From Spirochaetia bacterium (GTDB taxonomy: Bacteria; Spirochaetota; Spirochaetia; UBA9216), in assembly GCA_963675665.1 (NCBI GenBank), contig OY776510.1:4352001-4416000 (forward strand): DNA of 64,000 nucleotides, in the 5' to 3' direction. The notes beneath the pieces were generated by a model that searched no databases, was not told the origin of the DNA, and was given only the letters and a program-made list of their open reading frames with translations. Shown in pieces: positions 28,303 through 37,809 of this stretch. Each line of letters starts with the position of its first letter. Within the stretch, counting starts at the first letter, position 1. Both the position numbers and the translations under genes were made by a program.

Positions 28303-29736
28303 ATGAAAAGAAATACCGATTTTGCCATGACAAAAATTATCGGCACTATCGGACCGGCTGTTGATACTCCGGAGATGATGTCAAAAATGATTCTTGCCGG
28401 TCTTGATGTTGTCCGTTTGAATTTCAGTCATGGAAGCCATGATCAGCATGCTGAAAATATACGCATTATCAAGGAAGGCGCCAGAATAGCCGACAGCCCG
28501 GTAGCAATTCTTGCCGACCTTTGCGGGCCCAAGATTCGTTTGGGCTTGATTAAACAGGAATTCAATATCAATTCGGGAGAGACAATAGTAATTTCGACCG
28601 ATCCTGAGAGTTACAGCGGAAATCACAAAATGATCCCTGCCGAATACGAACCTCTGGCGGGCGACGTTAAACCTGGCGACAGGATACTTATTGACGACGG
28701 TCTGCTTCAGCTCACGGTTATCGAGAGTTCGGGCCAAAATGTTGTCTGTGAGGTGATCGACGGAGGAACCGTAAAATCACGAAAGGGAATGAACCTTCCG
28801 AATGTTGAAATCAGCGAACCGGCAATAACTGCCAAAGACAGAAAAGATCTCGATTTTATATTGGCAAATGATATTGATTTAATAGCCCTGTCGTTTGTAA
28901 GAAACCACAACGATATCCGCGAACTCCGCTGGCTTATGAAGGAGCGTAACAGGATGCTGCCTGTCATCGCAAAGATAGAAAAGCCCGAAGCAATTCGTGA
29001 TCTGGACGCAATTATAAATGAAACCGATATGATAATGGTGGCCCGGGGCGACCTCGGGGTGGAACTGCCGCCGCAGGAGGTTCCGACGCTTCAGAAGCAG
29101 ATTATCCGTAAATGCATATCGGCAAATAAACCGGTCATTACCGCTACACAGATGCTCGAGTCAATGATACAAAACCCCCGCCCCACCCGGGCCGAAGCAA
29201 GCGACGTGGCCAATGCTGTCTATGACGGTACCGACGCAGTCATGCTGAGCGGAGAAACATCCGTCGGACTGCATCCGCTTGCGGCAGTTAGAATAATGGA
29301 ACAGATTGTACGTTCTTCCGAACATCACGCTATGTCTGATGAATTCGTGAAAATAAGACGAAGCAGCGAAAAACTGACCAATGAAGAAAATATCTGCAGA
29401 TCGGCCTGCATCATGGCCCAGGAAGCAGGCGCAAAAGCTATTATTGCAATCACGCGATCCGGCAAAACAGCAAGACTGCTGTCGAAGTATCGTTCCGATG
29501 TACCGATACTGGCCTTTTCTCAAAGCGAACGGACAATACGCGAACTTAATATAGTATGGGGAGTACAGGGAGAAATTCTCGACGAAGTCGGAGATACCGA
29601 TGAAACGCTTAAACGGACAAAACTGGCGGCGATTGAACGGGGATACCTCCGTCCTGGAGACAAGGTTGTTTATACAACCGGCATTCCGTTGTTGAAAAGC
29701 AAAGCTGCAAACATGGTCAAGATAGATACTGTCTGA
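28303..29736 (+). CDS. pyk: Pyruvate kinase
   Basis: TKIIGTIGPA, RLNFSHG, IAKIE, MVARGDLGVE, ATQMLESM and DAVMLSGET motifs. Confidence 0.98.
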   Translation: MKRNTDFAMTKIIGTIGPAVDTPEMMSKMILAGLDVVRLNFSHGSHDQHAENIRIIKEGARIADSPVAILADLCGPKIRLGLIKQEFNINSGETIVISTDPESYSGNHKMIPAEYEPLAGDVKPGDRILIDDGLLQLTVIESSGQNVVCEVIDGGTVKSRKGMNLPNVEISEPAITAKDRKDLDFILANDIDLIALSFVRNHNDIRELRWLMKERNRMLPVIAKIEKPEAIRDLDAIINETDMIMVARGDLGVELPPQEVPTLQKQIIRKCISANKPVITATQMLESMIQNPRPTRAEASDVANAVYDGTDAVMLSGETSVGLHPLAAVRIMEQIVRSSEHHAMSDEFVKIRRSSEKLTNEENICRSACIMAQEAGAKAIIAITRSGKTARLLSKYRSDVPILAFSQSERTIRELNIVWGVQGEILDEVGDTDETLKRTKLAAIERGYLRPGDKVVYTTGIPLLKSKAANMVKIDTV

Positions 29737-29825
29737 TACTTTTATAGTAAAACTCAATGAATTGTTGAGTCTGATCCCGTTGTTCAAAGCGGGATAGTGT
29801 TTCTACAAATAATAACATTTTTCTC

Positions 29826-29893
29826 TTGACCCTGAAACTATTGTATTGTAGTCTGAATAACCGACTAATCGGTCTATATAGCGACCGGTCAGT
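29826..29893 (+). promoter_or_regulatory. Sigma70 promoter plus tandem TetR-type operators of the liv-paaK operon
   Basis: TTGACC-N17-TAGTCT (29826-29854); ACCGA-N4-TCGGT (29860-29873); imperfect AGCGA-N4-TCAGT (29880-29893). Confidence 0.6.
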
Positions 29894-29912
29894 CGTATTT
29901 CGGAGGAGAAAA

Positions 29913-31061
29913 ATGAAGAAATTTTCAGTATTGAGCCTTATCCTGATATTGACCGTATCCGCTCTTTTCGCAGGCGGAAATCAGGAAGCGGAAACAGTAA
30001 AAATCGGCGCCCTGTTTGCCGTAACAGGCGGCGCATCATTTCTGGGAGCGCCTGAGGCAAGAACAGCCGAGATGGTTGTAGAAAACATAAATGCCGCAGG
30101 AGGCGTAGACGGCAAAATGTTTGAGCTCATTATCAAGGATACTGCGGGTAATCCTGAAAAAGCAATATCATTTGCCAAACAGCTTATTGAAGAAGATCGG
30201 GTAACAGCCATTATCGGCCCCAGCACCAGCGGAGAAACTATGCAGATTAAGGATTTATGCGAATCGTATAAAACACCGCTGCTGTCATGTGCCGCTGCCG
30301 AAGCAATTGTTGATCCTGTAGCATCCTACGTTTTTAAAACTCCGCAGAAAGACAGCTACGTAGCAAAATGGATTTTTGAAACTATGAATAATATGGGCAT
30401 CAACCGAGTGGGAATTGTCGGAGCCAATACCGGTTTCGGAAACGCCGGCCTGGGCCAGCTTGAGAAATACGCGCCTGAATTCGGAATCGAAATAGTTGCA
30501 AAGGAAACTTACGACAGCGCCGCAACGGACCTTACAGCAGTTCTTACAAAAATTAAGGCCAAAAACGTTGAAGCCGTTGTCAACTGGTCAATTGTTCCGG
30601 CCCAGTCAATCGTACCGAAAAACATGAAACAACTCGGTATGGGGGTTCCGCTTTTTCAAAGCCACGGCTTTGGAAACATCAAATACGCCGAAGCGGCAGG
30701 AGCAGCGGCAGAAGGAATTATCTTCCCCGCCGGCCAGCTTCTTGTTGCTGAAAAGCTCCCGGCTGATCATCCCCAGAAAAAAGCGGTGACAGCTTATAAA
30801 TCTGAATACGAAGGTAAATTCAACGAACCGGTTTCCGGTTTCGGCGGATATTCCTATGACGCAGTAATGCTTATAGCCAAAGCAATCGAAATTGCCGGAA
30901 GCGCCGACCGTGCCGCTGTACGGGATGCGCTCGAATCAATTACGGGATTTGCAGGTGCCAGCGGAGTATTCAACATGTCTCCTGAAGATCATAACGGGCT
31001 CGATATGAGTTCAATAGAAATACTGACCGTTAAAAACGGACAGTTCGATCTTTATAAATAA
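29913..31061 (+). CDS. Liv-type (HAAT) ABC substrate-binding protein
   Basis: SD GGAGG; signal peptide LFAGGNQE; KIGALFAVTG and IIGPSTSG motifs. Confidence 0.92.
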   Translation: MKKFSVLSLILILTVSALFAGGNQEAETVKIGALFAVTGGASFLGAPEARTAEMVVENINAAGGVDGKMFELIIKDTAGNPEKAISFAKQLIEEDRVTAIIGPSTSGETMQIKDLCESYKTPLLSCAAAEAIVDPVASYVFKTPQKDSYVAKWIFETMNNMGINRVGIVGANTGFGNAGLGQLEKYAPEFGIEIVAKETYDSAATDLTAVLTKIKAKNVEAVVNWSIVPAQSIVPKNMKQLGMGVPLFQSHGFGNIKYAEAAGAAAEGIIFPAGQLLVAEKLPADHPQKKAVTAYKSEYEGKFNEPVSGFGGYSYDAVMLIAKAIEIAGSADRAAVRDALESITGFAGASGVFNMSPEDHNGLDMSSIEILTVKNGQFDLYK

Positions 31062-31078
31062 ACTGCTGTATCAGAACC

Positions 31079-31966
31079 GTGTTCGAACAGATTTTACAGT
31101 ATATTTTTTCAGGTATAACCGTCGGCAGCATCTACGCATTCGTTGCGATAGGATATAACATCATCTATAACACTACCGGCATTATAAATTTCGCCCAGGG
31201 CGAATTTGTAATGCTCGGAGGGATGATTGCATATACTTTTTCGGGCTTTATGCCCCTGCTGCCGGCGATTGCCTGCGCGGTTCTGATAACGGCGGCAGTC
31301 GGGGGGATCATTGAAAATGTGTTCATCCGGCGAATGAGAAAGGCATCTGTTATAGGAATGATCGTCATCACAATCGGGCTGTCAATCCTTATCCGTGAAT
31401 TTTCGCTCTACATCTGGGACGAACAGATACGGGCCCTGGCTTTTTTCACCGGCAGCGAAATATCGTCGGTTAAAATCTTCGGAGCAAGAATATCTCCCCA
31501 GGTATTATGGGTACTCGGAACAACACTTGTTTTGACAATATGTTTGTATATCTTTCTGAAATTCACGCTTACAGGTCAGGCCATGCGGGCCTGCTCAGAA
31601 AATCCGAAGGCCGCCCTGCTTTGCGGAATCCGTACCGACAGAATGATAAGCCTGTCGTTTATGATTTCGGCGGGCATAGGCGCTCTCGGCGGAACTGTAG
31701 TCTCTCCGTTGACCCAGACCCATTATGCAATGGGTACGGATCTTGCAGTAAAAGGTTTTACTGTTGCAATCCTGGGAGGATTGGGAAACCCGCTTTCTGC
31801 GGTTGCCGCAGGCCTTTTGCTTGGACTGATTGAATCTTTCAGTATCAGCATACTTCCCATGGCATATAAAGATGTTATCTCAATTATAATTCTTTTGATC
31901 ATACTTGTTGCAAGGCCTTCCGGGCTGTTCGGCTCCAGCGCTGCAGCAGCATTGAAGGATTACTGA
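31079..31966 (+). CDS. livH: Liv-type ABC permease
   Basis: GSIYAFVAIG, INFAQGE and ILGGLGN motifs. Confidence 0.88.
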   Translation: MFEQILQYIFSGITVGSIYAFVAIGYNIIYNTTGIINFAQGEFVMLGGMIAYTFSGFMPLLPAIACAVLITAAVGGIIENVFIRRMRKASVIGMIVITIGLSILIREFSLYIWDEQIRALAFFTGSEISSVKIFGARISPQVLWVLGTTLVLTICLYIFLKFTLTGQAMRACSENPKAALLCGIRTDRMISLSFMISAGIGALGGTVVSPLTQTHYAMGTDLAVKGFTVAILGGLGNPLSAVAAGLLLGLIESFSISILPMAYKDVISIIILLIILVARPSGLFGSSAAAALKDY

Positions 31967-33072
31967 TGCAGGAGCACTCCATTCTTAAACATTTCGGTAA
32001 AAGAATTTCGGTTTTAATTCTTGCAGCAGCAATAATTATAATTCAGCTGCTGACTTTTATCACTGATACATCCTATCTTCTGACACAGCTGACTATGTCG
32101 GCGTGGTATGTTCTTGCGGCTGTAGGACTGTGCATGGTAATGGGTTACGCGGGACAAATCTCTCTGGGACAGGCAGGTTTTTTCGCTATCGGCGGATATA
32201 CAACAGCCGTCCTTTCAACAATAGACTTTACCGGAAAAACATTGTCAGGCGCCGGGGCGCTTCTCAAGAGCCTGCATCTGCTGATTACAAAAGAAACACT
32301 TTATGGAGATACCGTAACCTACCTCAATCCCTGGATTGCGCTTGCCGCAACCGTGATAATTGCCGCTGCCGCTGCGCTCATACTCGGCATCCCGGTGCTT
32401 AAGCTGAAAGGACATTACCTGGCAATGGCCACAATGGGCTTCGGAATAATCATCCACCGTATAGTACTCGGTACCGGGGCATTCGGAGAGGCTGACGGCA
32501 TATCAAATGTTCCGCCTTTCCGGCTGCTTCCGTTTTTTGAAGTATGCGGCGACTTTTCAACACGGGTCGGAAACTACTATTTTGCCTGGGTGATTGTTAT
32601 TGCAGCCATGCTGCTTCTGATTAATCTGGTTAATTCACGCACGGGCCGGGCACTGCGTGCCCTTCACGGAAGCGAAGATGCAGCCGAAGCCATGGGTGTG
32701 GACACAACCCGCAGCAAGGTAATCGTATTCATGATCGGCGCCGTATTCGCTGCAGTTGCAGGTTTTTTTATGACCCATTATAACGGCGGTATCGGACCGT
32801 CCGAAGCAGGCGTTGTAAAATCGGTACGCTACCTGTCTATTGTCGCAGTGGGCGGAATGGCAAACATCTGGGGCACTCTTATTATGGGAATGCTGCTGAA
32901 CTTTCTGTCGCTCAGAGGCGTTTTCGGCCATTTTGACGATGCCGTTTTTGGAATTATTCTTGTTCTTATTATGATGTTCATGCCGGACGGGTTTATAAGG
33001 AAAGCCGTCTGGTACAGCATTAAGGAATTCGTTACCCGAAAGTTTCTTCGAAAAGGGAGATCCGTCCGATGA
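31966..33072 (+). CDS. livM: Liv-type ABC permease
   Basis: GYAGQISLGQAGFFAIGGY and LKLKGHYLAMAT motifs. Confidence 0.88.
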   Translation: MQEHSILKHFGKRISVLILAAAIIIIQLLTFITDTSYLLTQLTMSAWYVLAAVGLCMVMGYAGQISLGQAGFFAIGGYTTAVLSTIDFTGKTLSGAGALLKSLHLLITKETLYGDTVTYLNPWIALAATVIIAAAAALILGIPVLKLKGHYLAMATMGFGIIIHRIVLGTGAFGEADGISNVPPFRLLPFFEVCGDFSTRVGNYYFAWVIVIAAMLLLINLVNSRTGRALRALHGSEDAAEAMGVDTTRSKVIVFMIGAVFAAVAGFFMTHYNGGIGPSEAGVVKSVRYLSIVAVGGMANIWGTLIMGMLLNFLSLRGVFGHFDDAVFGIILVLIMMFMPDGFIRKAVWYSIKEFVTRKFLRKGRSVR

Positions 33073-33836
33073 AACCAGTTATGAGCATAAACGGACTCGA
33101 TAAACGTTTCGGGGGGCTGCATGCAGTTAACTCTGTATCTTTCGATGTCAAACCGGGAACAATCAAGTCGGTAATCGGTCCGAACGGGGCCGGAAAAACT
33201 ACCCTTTTTAACATGATAGCCGGGTTCTTTCCGCCCAGTTGCGGCAGTGTACATTTTAACGGCAAACTTATAACCGGTATGAGACCTTACATGATTGCGC
33301 GCCAGGGTCTGCTTCGTACTTTTCAGAACCTTAAAGTCTGCGGAAACCTTAGCGTACTCGACAATGTTCTGATTGGCTTTCATACAAAAGGAAAAGCCGG
33401 CTTTACAGCCGGCATGCTTTCAACCCGCAAAAGCAGGACTGAAGAAAAACAGGCCCTTGAAACTGTACTGCCCCTGCTGGAATGGCTCGGGATAGCCGAA
33501 AAAAGAGAAACACCGGTAAACAGTCTTTCTTTCGGTGAACAGCGTTCTGTTGAACTTGCACGTGCTCTTGCCTCAGATCCTGCGATGCTTCTTCTTGATG
33601 AACCTGCAGCCGGGCTGAATATGCATGAAACCGAACAGCTTTCACGCAATATCAGCGAGCTTCGAACTCAGGGGCGTACAATTCTGCTCGTAGAACACGA
33701 TATGAGTCTTGTCATGGATATCTCGGACGAAATAGTCGTTCTCAATTTCGGCGAAAAAATAGCCGAAGGTAAACCATCCGATATTCAGAATAACGAAGAA
33801 GTGATCAGGATATACCTCGGGGGCAATGATGCTTAA
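33069..33836 (+). CDS. livG: Liv-type ABC ATP-binding protein
   Basis: FGGLHAV, GPNGAGKTT, LLDEPAAG and C-terminal YLG. Confidence 0.9.
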   Translation: MKPVMSINGLDKRFGGLHAVNSVSFDVKPGTIKSVIGPNGAGKTTLFNMIAGFFPPSCGSVHFNGKLITGMRPYMIARQGLLRTFQNLKVCGNLSVLDNVLIGFHTKGKAGFTAGMLSTRKSRTEEKQALETVLPLLEWLGIAEKRETPVNSLSFGEQRSVELARALASDPAMLLLDEPAAGLNMHETEQLSRNISELRTQGRTILLVEHDMSLVMDISDEIVVLNFGEKIAEGKPSDIQNNEEVIRIYLGGNDA

Positions 33837-34563
33837 GATAAGAAATCTTGAATCGGGATATGACAAACTGAAAGTCCTTAAGGGCGTAAGCCTGCATGTA
33901 AACGCCGGCGAGATAGTTACCATTATCGGAGCAAACGGAGCAGGAAAATCAACCCTGTTGAACACAATTGCCTCGATAGTCGCCCCGATTTCCGGTGAGA
34001 TAATACTTAAAGACAAAAATGTTGAAAATAAACAAGCCGATTTTATGGTTAAAAACGGGTGCGTACTTGTTCCTGAAGGAAGGCAGCTATACCCTGCAAT
34101 GACTGTAAAAGAAAACCTTATCCTGGGCGCATACACAATCTGCTCAGGCCGGAATCGAAAGGTTGCGGAAGACCACCTGGAAGAAATCTATTCGATGTTT
34201 CCTGTTCTCGGCGATCGGAAAAATCAGCTTGCAGGAACACTTTCGGGAGGAGAACAGCAGATGGCCGCAATAGGACGCGCGCTTATGTCGGGCCCTGAAC
34301 TTTTAATGATGGACGAACCGTCAATGGGCCTTGCACCCATAATAGTGCGCAATATCTTTAAAACAGTGGATAAACTCCGGTCTCAGGGAAAGACTATTCT
34401 TATAGTGGAACAAAATGCAAGGGCAGTGCTGGAAATTGCAGACCGGGGATATGTTATGGAAACGGGAACGCTTGTAATTGAAGGAAAAGCTGAAGAGCTG
34501 CTTGATAACAACGACGTCAAGAGGGCCTATCTTGGGCGGGATTATAAAGAGTTTACGGATTAA
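33826..34563 (+). CDS. livF: Liv-type ABC ATP-binding protein
   Basis: GANGAGKST, VPEGR, LSGGEQQM and DEPSMGLAP motifs. Confidence 0.9.
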   Translation: MMLKIRNLESGYDKLKVLKGVSLHVNAGEIVTIIGANGAGKSTLLNTIASIVAPISGEIILKDKNVENKQADFMVKNGCVLVPEGRQLYPAMTVKENLILGAYTICSGRNRKVAEDHLEEIYSMFPVLGDRKNQLAGTLSGGEQQMAAIGRALMSGPELLMMDEPSMGLAPIIVRNIFKTVDKLRSQGKTILIVEQNARAVLEIADRGYVMETGTLVIEGKAEELLDNNDVKRAYLGRDYKEFTD

Positions 34564-34577
34564 ACCAGGAGGAAAAT

Positions 34578-35888
34578 GTGATTTATTCAAGAGAATATGA
34601 AACAATGCTCAGAGAAGATCTTGAACAGCTTCAATTTGAGCGTTTACAGATGACATTAAACCAGGTTTACCGGAATGTCTCTTTTTTTAAAAATTTATTT
34701 GATGAAAAACAAATCGAGACAACCGATCTTAAATCTCTAAAAGATCTTGCCAACCTGCCGCTGATGAGCAAAGATGATCTGCGGCAAAGTTATCCGTATG
34801 AAGCTTTTGCTGTTCCGCTTCGTGATATAGTCAGAATCCACTCCACTTCCGGGACATCCGGAACTCCGATCGTTGTGGGATACACCAAAAACGATTTGAA
34901 TATCTGGTCATCTCTGGTTGCCAGGGTTCTTACCTCTGTAGGAATAGACAGCCATTCGCTTGTACAGATTGCGTTTGATTATTCGCAATCCACGGGTGGC
35001 CTCGGGTTTCATTACGGTGCCGAGAAGCTGGGCGCTTCCGTAATTCCGGCCTCCGGAGAAGAAGTGCTCAAGCAGATCAGAATAATGAAGGATTACCGCT
35101 CATCAGCGCTTATATCGACGCCGGGCTACGCTCTTCATATAGCATCAACCCTTGAAGAACTGGGTATGGATCCCCAGGAGCTGAATCTATCTATCGGGTT
35201 GTTCGGAGCCGAGCCCTGGAGCGAAAAAGTAAGAGCAGAAATTGAGACAAGGCTCAAGATTAAGGCATATGATAATTACGGGCTCAGCGAGATTATCGGT
35301 CCGGGGGTTGCTTACGAATGTGAACACCGCTGCGGCATGCATGTCAATGAAGATCATTTCATCGTCGAGGTTATTGATCCCGAAACGCTTCAGGTTCTTC
35401 CCGAAGGTGAAGAAGGTGAGCTTGTTTTTACAACGATAACAAAGCAGGCTTTTCCGCTTATCCGGTACCGGACAGGCGATATTTCCAGGATTATTTCCGC
35501 ACAGTGCGAATGCGGCAGAACCTTCAGACGCATGGAACGTGTCTCCGGCAGAATTGACGACATGATTATCATCGACGGCAATAATATTTTTCCGTCAATG
35601 ATCGAATCTCTTCTTTTTGAAATTGAAGGCGTGGAGCCCCATTTTCAGATTGTTCTAACCCGCAATATGGGCCTGACAGCAATTGAACTTAAAGTGGAAG
35701 TCACCCCTGATTTCTTTTCTTTCGATGAAATAAAAAAAGCGGAAAATTTCAGAAAAAAAATTAATAATCAGCTGTCGACAAGGCTCGGAGTCCATGCGAA
35801 AATAACACTCGTTGAACCTAAAAGTATTGAACGTACCAGAGGCGGTAAAATAAACCGTGTCATTGATATGAGAGAGGGCGGGTTTTGA
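34578..35888 (+). CDS. paaK: Phenylacetate-CoA ligase family protein
   Basis: RIHSTSGTSGTP, GAEPWSE, YGLSEIIGPGV and IRYRTGD motifs. Confidence 0.88.
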   Translation: MIYSREYETMLREDLEQLQFERLQMTLNQVYRNVSFFKNLFDEKQIETTDLKSLKDLANLPLMSKDDLRQSYPYEAFAVPLRDIVRIHSTSGTSGTPIVVGYTKNDLNIWSSLVARVLTSVGIDSHSLVQIAFDYSQSTGGLGFHYGAEKLGASVIPASGEEVLKQIRIMKDYRSSALISTPGYALHIASTLEELGMDPQELNLSIGLFGAEPWSEKVRAEIETRLKIKAYDNYGLSEIIGPGVAYECEHRCGMHVNEDHFIVEVIDPETLQVLPEGEEGELVFTTITKQAFPLIRYRTGDISRIISAQCECGRTFRRMERVSGRIDDMIIIDGNNIFPSMIESLLFEIEGVEPHFQIVLTRNMGLTAIELKVEVTPDFFSFDEIKKAENFRKKINNQLSTRLGVHAKITLVEPKSIERTRGGKINRVIDMREGGF

Positions 35889-36502
35889 AATCGACATTCG
35901 ACAATCTTTCTGAAAATAAAAAACAGAGAGTTATTGACGCATGCATAAAGGAATTCGGCGAATTCGGTTACGCTGCAAGCTCGATGGACGGAATAATCAA
36001 AAGAGCGGGCATATCCAAGGGCGGCCTGTACGGTTATGTTTCATCAAAACGTGAATTGTTTCTTTACATTGTTGATTATGCGTATTCCGGGTTATATAAA
36101 TATCTTAAAGACCAGATAGATGCGGACAAGGAAGCTCTTCAGCCCGATTTGCTTGAAAGGTTGAAATATGTATCTGAAAATGCAATAGACTTTTATATAG
36201 ACCACACCGAATTTATTTATCTTATCGTACGAACCTCCAATATTCCCGATGAAAGTCTCGCAAAAGAGATCAAAAATATTTTTAATAAAAACTTCATCGG
36301 ATTATTCGGCGATACCGACGATACAAAACTCTGCTACCCAAAGCAGCAAGTTCTTGAACTGGCTATGTGGCTGCTCCAGAAAACACGTCTCGATTTCCTC
36401 AGTGAAATTAAACTGGAAAAGGATCCATCCGTTATCAAGCGGGATTATATGCTCAACTGGGATTTCTACCTGGGAATCATGCGATCCGGAATCTACACTT
36501 AA
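35885..36502 (+). CDS. TetR/AcrR family regulator
   Basis: HTH IIKRAGISKGGLYGYVSSKRELF. Confidence 0.9.
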   Translation: MKSTFDNLSENKKQRVIDACIKEFGEFGYAASSMDGIIKRAGISKGGLYGYVSSKRELFLYIVDYAYSGLYKYLKDQIDADKEALQPDLLERLKYVSENAIDFYIDHTEFIYLIVRTSNIPDESLAKEIKNIFNKNFIGLFGDTDDTKLCYPKQQVLELAMWLLQKTRLDFLSEIKLEKDPSVIKRDYMLNWDFYLGIMRSGIYT

Positions 36503-36517
36503 ACTGTTCCATCCTTA

Positions 36518-37798
36518 TCATTTGAATTTATCCGCCTCGGTAATAATCATCGGGGATTCCTTCAAACGCAGAACCAGGACCAGTGCCGCAACCGCCAGAA
36601 CAGCAAATACAGTCATAAAACCGTTCAGCCATGCATTATCATGAACACTCATCCCGGCCACAAACAGCAAACCCGATATCTGGCCGGCAAAAAGAAGAAT
36701 TCCCTGTGATGTAGATTCGGGGGCCGGAAAACTGACTTCAGCGGCATACTGAAAACCAATCGGGCCTGCGCTCATTACAAAAAATCCCAGGATAAATGAC
36801 GCGGCAAGCGCTATGCCGTAAACCTGAGAGGCATCGGACGATAACATATCGGCAAAAGACAAACCCAAAACCCCCGGAAGCATTCCGGCCATACACAGCA
36901 CCAGGAAAAACTTCCGCTTCCTGAATTTATCCGACAGAATCGGAAGCACCAGAGCGCCAAGTACACCGCCGCCGAGCATAAGGACCCCAATCAGGCCGTC
37001 CGAATCCTCAACCCCGAGAGACGCCGATATCGAATCGACCATGGAACTTACTGCATTGAAGATTCCGAGACCTATGAAAAACAGAATTATGGTCAGAACC
37101 ATGTCTTTCTGCTTAATAATATGCCTGAGTCCGTCAAAAAACATCTTATGCTGCAGTTCCTCGTTCGAAGGCGGCGTCGGCGGTTTTTCGCGGATAAGGA
37201 CCAGTGCCAGAACGGCGCCGGCTGCGCTGATTATACCGTAGATTAAAAGCATCCGATCAATTCCGGTTCCGTATCCCGGTTCGCCCGGCGAAGAAACAAC
37301 CAGCAGCGGAGTCACAGCCATTACAATAATAATTCCGATATATTGGGCCAGGGCAGACAGGCCGGCGGCAGTCCCGCGTTCGCGCAGCGGAAACCAGCGG
37401 ACGGTAACCGCCGTAACAGCATTAAGAATAAACGGCTGCGCTACTGCAAGACCAGCCTGGGCGGCCAAAACAATCCTGAAATCAGCGCCGCCTATACCTT
37501 TCATCAGGCTGAATACTGCAGTCAGCACCGATCCGATGCCAAGACCGGTTCGTATACCGTAGGTATCGATAATATATGACGCCGGAATACAGACTACAAG
37601 AAAAACAAGCATATAAAGCATCGAAAGAAAATCAATGTTGATTATCGAATCCGGGTTAAACTGCCCTTCATAAAACACCTCGGCAGCCCTGGCTACGGGA
37701 GCATGGGTCAGCCATTGAACTTCTATGAGCACCGTTACCAGCATAAAAGCGGCAAGAACTACCCAGCGGTAGGGATAAACTCTGTAACCTTCTTCCAT
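36518..37798 (-). CDS. MFS transporter (FLVCR/SLC49-like N-terminus)
   Basis: YRVYPYRWVVL start, WFPLRERGTA and about 12 TM helices. Confidence 0.9.
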   Translation of the reverse strand: MEEGYRVYPYRWVVLAAFMLVTVLIEVQWLTHAPVARAAEVFYEGQFNPDSIINIDFLSMLYMLVFLVVCIPASYIIDTYGIRTGLGIGSVLTAVFSLMKGIGGADFRIVLAAQAGLAVAQPFILNAVTAVTVRWFPLRERGTAAGLSALAQYIGIIIVMAVTPLLVVSSPGEPGYGTGIDRMLLIYGIISAAGAVLALVLIREKPPTPPSNEELQHKMFFDGLRHIIKQKDMVLTIILFFIGLGIFNAVSSMVDSISASLGVEDSDGLIGVLMLGGGVLGALVLPILSDKFRKRKFFLVLCMAGMLPGVLGLSFADMLSSDASQVYGIALAASFILGFFVMSAGPIGFQYAAEVSFPAPESTSQGILLFAGQISGLLFVAGMSVHDNAWLNGFMTVFAVLAVAALVLVLRLKESPMIITEADKFK

Positions 37799-37809
37799 CC
37801 TGTTCTCCT

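Noticed and set aside
29774-29795. Terminator after pyk
   Set aside because: A hairpin is present but the U-tract is poor, so it is not called.
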